Positions 58,371 through 64,000 of a stretch of 64,000 nucleotides of DNA are shown here, in pieces. Both the position numbers and the translations under genes were made by a program. Every line of letters starts with the position of its first letter. Within the stretch, counting starts at the first letter, position 1. The DNA is taken from the NCBI GenBank assembly GCA_035063585.1, contig JAPSGB010000008.1:1-64000 (forward strand), read 5' to 3'. The DNA is from Polyangiaceae bacterium. GTDB lineage: Bacteria > Myxococcota_A > Polyangia > Polyangiales > Polyangiaceae. The notes below the pieces were generated by a model, which saw nothing but the letters and a program-made list of their open reading frames with translations, was not told where the DNA came from and did not search any database.

Positions 58371-58961
58371 CTAGCGGCCGCCGTCGCAGCTCGCGCCACC
58401 CCGCGCCGCGCAGAGCTCCCGGGCGCGCTCGCCGAGCGCCACCGACTCCTTCGGATTCGCCGGTCCGCCGATCCCGGCTGCGAGCAGGCGTGCCGCGCGC
58501 TCGCAGGGGCGAGGATCCCGCGCGCGGACGCACGCCTGCACGTCGAGGGTCCGCGCGCGACGGCGGAGCTCGAAGATCCGAGCTCCGTCGGCCTCCGCGC
58601 CCGGCGCGCGCTCGAGGGCGCCCGCGGCTGCGAGGCACGCCGCCGGATCGCCCCACGCGCATCGGCGGATGGTCGTGTCGATGGCCTCCGGCGCGCCGGC
58701 CTCGGGCGCGCTGGGCGCGGCGTGCGCGAGCCCCGCGGGGGCGCCCGGCGGCTCCCCCGCGCGCGGGGTCGGGCTCGATGCGTCATGCTCGGCGTCGCCC
58801 TCGAGCGGGCTCGGGGCGGGGGCGAGCGTCGTCTCGAGCCGCTCCGCGGTCGGCGCGCGCTCGGCGAGCCACACCGCGGCGAGCGCGCCGAGGCACGCGC
58901 CGGCGACGATCGCGGCGACCAGCGCCGTGCGAGCCTGTAGCGGAGCCTGCCGTTCTCCCAC
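58371..58961 (-). CDS. Single-TM protein with Cys-paired Sel1/Hcp-like repeats
   Basis: TM helix, Pro/Ala linker, CAWGDPAAC, CVRARDPRPC, CAARGGASC. Confidence 0.5.
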   Translation of the reverse strand: MGERQAPLQARTALVAAIVAGACLGALAAVWLAERAPTAERLETTLAPAPSPLEGDAEHDASSPTPRAGEPPGAPAGLAHAAPSAPEAGAPEAIDTTIRRCAWGDPAACLAAAGALERAPGAEADGARIFELRRRARTLDVQACVRARDPRPCERAARLLAAGIGGPANPKESVALGERARELCAARGGASCDGGR

Positions 58962-59019
58962 GCGGCGCGACTATACTCTCGGGCGCGGAGCGGCGGCACT
59001 CGGTCCGCGCCCCTGGCGA

Positions 59020-60801
59020 ATGCGCGGTATAAAGAGAGCAGTCGGTCTCCTCGTAGCGCTCGCCATTTCGAGGGGAGCGGCCGCCGCGTCGCCGAAGTGG
59101 TCGCCCTACGAGCTCTCCACCATCGAGCGGGTGCTCGGCACGGAGCACGTCGAGCTCATCGACCCCGATCCGGACGGGAAGCTCATCGAGAGCATCGAGC
59201 TTGCGCCGCTCGACGTCTTCGATGAGCGGGATCCGATCCCCGACTTCGTCAACGTGTTCCACGTCACCACGCGCCGGCGCGTGGTGCGGCGCGAGCTCCT
59301 GTTCGGGGTCGGTGATCGGTGGAGCGAGCTCGCGGTCGCTGAGTCGGCCCGTAACCTGCGCGCCCTCCCGCAGCTCTCGCTGGTGCTCATCGTGCCGCTG
59401 CGTGGGAGCCGCCCGGGGCGGGTGCGGGTGCTGGTCGTCACCCGCGACGTCTGGAGCCTCCGGCTCTCCAGCAACTTCGGCTACGCCGCCGGCGCGCTCA
59501 CCTTTCTCGTGGTCCAGCCGGCGGAGATCAACCTGTTCGGCACCCACACCACGGTCGGCACGCTCTTCACCCTGCGTCCCGACACCTACTCGTTCGGCGG
59601 CCTGTTCGCCGATCCGAGAATCGCCGGCAGCGGGCTCCAAGGCGGCCTCAGCGGCAACGTGATCGTCAACCGCGAGACGGGGCGTCCGGAGGGCTCTTCC
59701 GGGAGTTTCAGCTACGGCAAGCCGCTCTACTCGGTCGAGAGCCGCTGGGCGTGGAACGCGAAGGCGGTGTGGAAGACCAACATCGAGCGGTACTACATCG
59801 GGAGCGTTCCGCGCACCTACGACTCGCCGCTCACCCAGGACGACGACCGGATCCCCTACCAATACTCGGCGGACTCGTGGTTTGGCGCTTACGAGCTCAC
59901 GCGCTCGTTCGGCCGCGAGTTCAAGCACGACGTCTCGGTTGGCGCGGAGGCGATCCGGCAGCGATTCCGCGCCGAACCGACCCGAGGGGCCAACCCCATC
60001 GCCGCGCGGGACTTCGCCGAGACCGAGGTCCCGACCAGCGACACCCGGCTGAGCCCGTACCTCCAGGTCGACACCTACACGCCGCGCTATCTGAGGGTGC
60101 ACGACTTCAACACGCTCGGGCTCGTGGAGGAGTACCGGCTCGGGCACGAGGTCCTCTCGCGCGTGTATCCGGCGAGCCGGGAGGTCGGCTCGTCGCGGAA
60201 TCTGCTCGGGACGTACCTCGCGGTTTCGTACACGATGGCGCTCGGCGACGGGCTCGCGCGCGCGCTCGCCGCGTCGCGGGTCGAGTTTGCCTCGCCCGAC
60301 GAGCGCGACGCACTCTTCGAGGCTCGCGTCCGGGTCGTCACGCCGAGCTTCGGCGTCGGGCGCGTCGTCTACGACGTCGAGGTCGCCAACCACTATCGAA
60401 ATTACCTGAACGAGCGCTACACCATCGGCGGCAACACGCGCCTCCGCGGCTATCCCTCGGATCGCTTTCGCGGAGAGGATCTGGTCGCGGGCACCCTCGA
60501 ATACCGCTCCTTGCCGGTCTCGATCCTCTCCGCCGAGGTCGGAGGCGCGCTGTTCTATGACGTCGGTGACGCCTTCGACGGCTTCGAGGCCCTCCGCCCG
60601 AAGCAGGATGTGGGCGTCGGCCTGCGCGTGCTCTTCCCGCAGGTCGACCGGATCGTGCTTCGCGCCGACTGGGGCTTCCCGCTCACGCCCGGCTTCGACC
60701 CGCTGCCCGGCGCGCTGTTCGTCACCTTCGGGCAGGCGTTCCCGATGCCTTCCATCCTGCCGCCGAGCTCGACCCGCAAGCGCACCGACCTCGATCAGTA
60801 G
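59020..60801 (+). CDS. Omp85/BamA-TamA family outer-membrane protein
   Basis: Signal peptide, POTRA-like TRRRVVRRELLF..ESARNLR, IGGNTRLRGYP, FYDVGDAF, VGVGLR, FGQAF. Confidence 0.85.
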   Translation: MRGIKRAVGLLVALAISRGAAAASPKWSPYELSTIERVLGTEHVELIDPDPDGKLIESIELAPLDVFDERDPIPDFVNVFHVTTRRRVVRRELLFGVGDRWSELAVAESARNLRALPQLSLVLIVPLRGSRPGRVRVLVVTRDVWSLRLSSNFGYAAGALTFLVVQPAEINLFGTHTTVGTLFTLRPDTYSFGGLFADPRIAGSGLQGGLSGNVIVNRETGRPEGSSGSFSYGKPLYSVESRWAWNAKAVWKTNIERYYIGSVPRTYDSPLTQDDDRIPYQYSADSWFGAYELTRSFGREFKHDVSVGAEAIRQRFRAEPTRGANPIAARDFAETEVPTSDTRLSPYLQVDTYTPRYLRVHDFNTLGLVEEYRLGHEVLSRVYPASREVGSSRNLLGTYLAVSYTMALGDGLARALAASRVEFASPDERDALFEARVRVVTPSFGVGRVVYDVEVANHYRNYLNERYTIGGNTRLRGYPSDRFRGEDLVAGTLEYRSLPVSILSAEVGGALFYDVGDAFDGFEALRPKQDVGVGLRVLFPQVDRIVLRADWGFPLTPGFDPLPGALFVTFGQAFPMPSILPPSSTRKRTDLDQ

Positions 60802-60804
60802 CGC

Positions 60805-61764
60805 TCAGGTGGCGCCGCTCTTCTTCTTGAGCGCCTGGACGAGGGCGTCGAGAGCGCCACGATACTCCGCCTGCAGCTTGCCGATGCGGTCATCGAGCAC
60901 CTGGAGCGCCTGCTTGCCTTGCTCGACCTCGGCGTCGAGCTTGCCCTTGGCCGCCTGGTCTGCCTCGAGGTGGGCCTTGGCCGTCTGCTTGGTCGCGCTG
61001 GAGGCTCGCGCGTCGGCGATGGTGGCCTCCGCCGCCTGGATCGACCGGTCGAGGGTGCTCCGCACCTCGCTCGCCTCGCGGAGCAGGCGGTCGAGCCGGG
61101 CCTTGGTCGCGACCACGTCGATGTGGGCGAGGTAGCTCGCCTGGGCGATCTCGTCGGCTTGGGTGATGAGTTTGTCCAGGTTCTGCTTGCCGAGCGCGTC
61201 CGAGTGCGACTCGATGTAGGCCTGCGCCTCGTTGCGTTCGCGCAGCCGCTTCTCGAGTTGCTTGTCCATCGAGGTCTCGAGGGCGCGCGCGGTCGGGCTG
61301 TAGGCGTCGACCTCGCAGCCCTTCTGCTTGGCCGCGTAGTTGGCGGCGCCGCCCACCTTCTTCTCGATTTCGCTCTTCTCGTCGTCGAAAAAAGAGCGGA
61401 CACCCTCCACCTCGGCGGCGCGCGCGACGTAGGCGCTGCTTCGGCCGGCCTGATCGGCGGCCGCGACGACCTCGAGCACGCCGTTCCAATCCGGTTTGTC
61501 GAGCGCCGCGGGGTAGTCGGAGAACTTCAGGGTGAGCTCGCGCACCTTGGCCTCGGCGATGACGAAGCGGTCGCGCGCGCGAGAGAGTTCGTCGGGGAAG
61601 CGCGCCGCGTAGCCTTCCTGCCCCGCCGAGGACGCCACGACCGGACCCTCGCCCTGCCGCGGGGTGCAGGCCGCCGCCGAGGTCGACGCGATGATTCCAG
61701 CGAGCAGGAGCGATGATGAGCGGTTCACGCGGCCGAGTAGAGCCGGCGCCAGCGCCGTGGTCAA
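60805..61764 (-). CDS. Coiled-coil lipoprotein, function unknown
   Basis: SAAAC lipobox, long Ala/Glu/Lys/Gln helical region; start may be GTG 61728. Confidence 0.75.
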   Translation of the reverse strand: MTTALAPALLGRVNRSSSLLLAGIIASTSAAACTPRQGEGPVVASSAGQEGYAARFPDELSRARDRFVIAEAKVRELTLKFSDYPAALDKPDWNGVLEVVAAADQAGRSSAYVARAAEVEGVRSFFDDEKSEIEKKVGGAANYAAKQKGCEVDAYSPTARALETSMDKQLEKRLRERNEAQAYIESHSDALGKQNLDKLITQADEIAQASYLAHIDVVATKARLDRLLREASEVRSTLDRSIQAAEATIADARASSATKQTAKAHLEADQAAKGKLDAEVEQGKQALQVLDDRIGKLQAEYRGALDALVQALKKKSGAT

Positions 61765-61826
61765 CCGGCAGCGCGCTCGCGGTGGGGCGGGCGACCGGCC
61801 GCTCGGGTCGCGCTCGCCCGGGGGGC

Positions 61827-62798
61827 TCAGGTCGGCCGGACCGCGCGCCGATAGCCGACGTGGGCGAGCGCGTCCTCGACGATCGAGGTGCGCGCGCGCG
61901 GGTCGCCCTCGAGCTCGGGGATCAGCACCAGGCGGTGAGCGAGCACCGGCGCCGCGACCCGGCGCACGTCATCGGGCGTGACGAAGGGGCGCCCCGCGAT
62001 GACCGCGCACGCCTTGGCGGCGCGGAGCAAGCCGAGCGAGGCCCGGGGCGAGGCGCCGAGCACGACTCGCGAGTGGTTTCGAGTGTGGATGCTGAGCGCC
62101 ACCGCGTACTCGTAGATGTCGTCTTCCACATGGACGCGCGAGGCGATCGACTGGAGCGTCAGCGCGTCGCTCGCCCCGAGCACGGGCTTCGGCTCCGGGG
62201 CCGCGATGCCGTGGGTGCGGAGCATCGCCACCTCGTCGCGAGGTTGCGGGTAGCTCATGCGGACGCGGACCAGGAACCGGTCGATCTGCGCCTCCGGCAG
62301 CGGGTAGGTCCCCTCGAGATCGATGGGGTTCTGCGTCGCGAGGACGATGAACGGGTCCGGCAGCTCGAAGCGATCGCCCTCCACGGTCACCTGCCGCTCC
62401 TGCATCGCCTCGAGCAGCGCCGACTGGGTCTTGGCCGGGGCTCGGTTGATCTCGTCCGCCAAGACGACGTTGGCGAACACCGGCCCCGCGCGGAGCGAGA
62501 AGGTCCCGTCCTTCGGGCTGAGGACGTAGGTGCCGGTGATGTCCGCGGGGAGCAGATCCGGCGTGAATTGCACGCGTCGTACCGTACAGCCGAGCGTGAT
62601 CGCGAACGCCTTCACGAGCGTGGTCTTGGCGACGCCCGGGACACCCTCGAGCAGCACGTGGCCGCGGGCGAGGAGCGCCACCAGCATCATGTCTACCGGC
62701 TCGACGTCGCCCATATAGACCCTGCCGACCTGCGCGCGTACGTCGGCGAGCCGCTCGCGGGCTGCCTCGATCTCGCTGATCTGCAAGGCTTGGGTCAT
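61827..62798 (-). CDS. moxR: MoxR family AAA+ ATPase
   Basis: EGVPGVAKT, QFTPDLLPAD, DEINRAP, ATQNPI.LEGTYPLPEAQIDRF. Confidence 0.96.
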   Translation of the reverse strand: MTQALQISEIEAARERLADVRAQVGRVYMGDVEPVDMMLVALLARGHVLLEGVPGVAKTTLVKAFAITLGCTVRRVQFTPDLLPADITGTYVLSPKDGTFSLRAGPVFANVVLADEINRAPAKTQSALLEAMQERQVTVEGDRFELPDPFIVLATQNPIDLEGTYPLPEAQIDRFLVRVRMSYPQPRDEVAMLRTHGIAAPEPKPVLGASDALTLQSIASRVHVEDDIYEYAVALSIHTRNHSRVVLGASPRASLGLLRAAKACAVIAGRPFVTPDDVRRVAAPVLAHRLVLIPELEGDPRARTSIVEDALAHVGYRRAVRPT

Positions 62799-64000
62799 GA
62801 GCTCCTCCCGCGTCTCGCGTCCGCTTCTGCCAGGAGATCGAGCACCTGTTCGCGAACGCGCGTGAGCGTGTTCTCCTTGACGGGGAAGGAGCGCGACGCC
62901 ATCACGGCGGCCTCGGCGCGATTCATCTCGGCGAGCATGGCCTTCAAGGCCCCGGACGATTGCCGACTCAGAGCGCCTTGTCGATCAATCTCTTCGACGA
63001 GCGTCGAGTTCGCTGCGCCGGGCGCGAGCCCGAGCCGCTCGCCAAGCCCCTCGACGAGCGCGCTCCGTAGCTCGAGCAACGCGAGCACGCGCTCGGTGGT
63101 CGGCGCGGCGAGCACCGCGGCGCGCCCGGCGGCGCCTCCTTGGGCCACGAGCGGGGTCTCGGCGACGAAGCGCAGCGGGCTCGGCCGGAATGGTCGCGTC
63201 GAGACGACCCCCATCCAGGCCACCACGCCGAGCGCCGCGAGCGCGGCGAGCAAGGTCGCCGCGAGCTCGGGCAGGCCGTCGCGCCGCACGGTCGTGACCA
63301 GCCCGGCGAGCGCGCTCAGGCGATCGCCGAGCTCGTCGGCGAGGCCTGCCTTCCCGCCGAACCGCCCGCGCTGCGTCAGTCGGTTCGCGACGACGTACAG
63401 CTTGCCACCGCGCACGCCCCAGCCGTCGTCCTCGACGAGGTAGTCGACGAGCCCTTCGGCGAAGGCGCGGTTGCCGGGGTACCTGAGCATCTGGTTTATC
63501 ACCACCGACGGATCGCCCATGGCGAAGAGGCGTCCGCGGTTCGCGATGATTCCGGTCACCGCGAGGGTCGCGTTCGGCTCGCCGAGCGCCGGTATCTCGA
63601 GCACGGGCGTGAGGTTCGGGTGGGTGAGCGCGGTCGCGTGGTTGGTGACGAGCTTCGAGACCCCGGCGACCACCGGGTGGCGACCTTGCTCGTACCCCGC
63701 GACCTCCTGGACGACCGGCACGGCGACGGCGAGCGCGGGGTTCTCGCGCAGCATCCCCGCCGGGCGCCGCGGGGTCGGGATGCGGCGGATGTGAAAGCGC
63801 TCGAAGAACCCGCTGGCCGCGCCGTAGTCGTCGAGCACCGCCAGGCGCCCGCCCGCGCGAAGGAACGCGCTCAGCTGCTCGAAGTCGAGCGCGACCTCCG
63901 GGCGCAGGACGAGGACGCCGTCGCCGGCCCCGAGCGCGCCGTAGTCGAGCGTGTCCGTGACGACCACCCGCTCCGGGCCGAGCCGACGACGCGCGAGGTC
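62795..64000 (-). CDS. DUF4350-like membrane protein (5' end outside the window)
   Basis: FLRAGGRL, GRLFAMGDPSV.IN, GNRAF motifs and a TM helix; directly upstream of moxR. Confidence 0.65.
   Translation of the reverse strand, partial: DLARRRLGPERVVVTDTLDYGALGAGDGVLVLRPEVALDFEQLSAFLRAGGRLAVLDDYGAASGFFERFHIRRIPTPRRPAGMLRENPALAVAVPVVQEVAGYEQGRHPVVAGVSKLVTNHATALTHPNLTPVLEIPALGEPNATLAVTGIIANRGRLFAMGDPSVVINQMLRYPGNRAFAEGLVDYLVEDDGWGVRGGKLYVVANRLTQRGRFGGKAGLADELGDRLSALAGLVTTVRRDGLPELAATLLAALAALGVVAWMGVVSTRPFRPSPLRFVAETPLVAQGGAAGRAAVLAAPTTERVLALLELRSALVEGLGERLGLAPGAANSTLVEEIDRQGALSRQSSGALKAMLAEMNRAEAAVMASRSFPVKENTLTRVREQVLDLLAEADARRGRSS

Overview
A very GC-rich bacterial chromosome segment, most likely from a myxobacterium (Myxococcota, Polyangiales-like). 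This placement rests on a MYXO-CTERM-type sorting tail, many lipoproteins, sigma54-type promoters and a long-N-terminal RpoD. Housekeeping genes include plsB, pcm, dnaG-rpoD, atpD-atpC, rsmA and moxR/DUF58. Two redox/metal clusters flank dnaG-rpoD. (1) 26.7-38.1 kb: a divergent multiheme cytochrome cluster with about 79 heme-binding motifs by manual count. It encodes an ImcH-like 3-TM NapC/NirT protein, a membrane-anchored 34-heme repeat cytochrome, a 15-heme CX4CH/CX2CH lipoprotein, a 12-heme cytochrome, a putative beta-barrel, an NrfJ-like protein and a collagen-stalked decaheme MtrC/OmcA. Together these look like a complete extracellular electron transfer conduit mixing Geobacter-type and Shewanella-type parts. 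(2) 43.4-52.4 kb: a Fur-box-preceded operon in which the known porin-imelysin-DHOR iron module is extended by a hydrazine-synthase-alpha-like tetraheme propeller lipoprotein, a CX4CH monoheme lipoprotein, DUF4266 and a DUF3570 barrel with ApbE-type flavinylation motifs. Also present: candidate sphingolipid-metabolism genes (C9-methyltransferase-like; TetR-S1P lyase-M81 operon with twin operators), a WYL regulator with a DriD-like palindrome, a dispersed REP-like repeat, and an odd array of paired 36-bp duplications upstream of dnaG. No rRNA, tRNA, transposase or cas gene was recognised. All assignments come from manual motif reading, not database searches.
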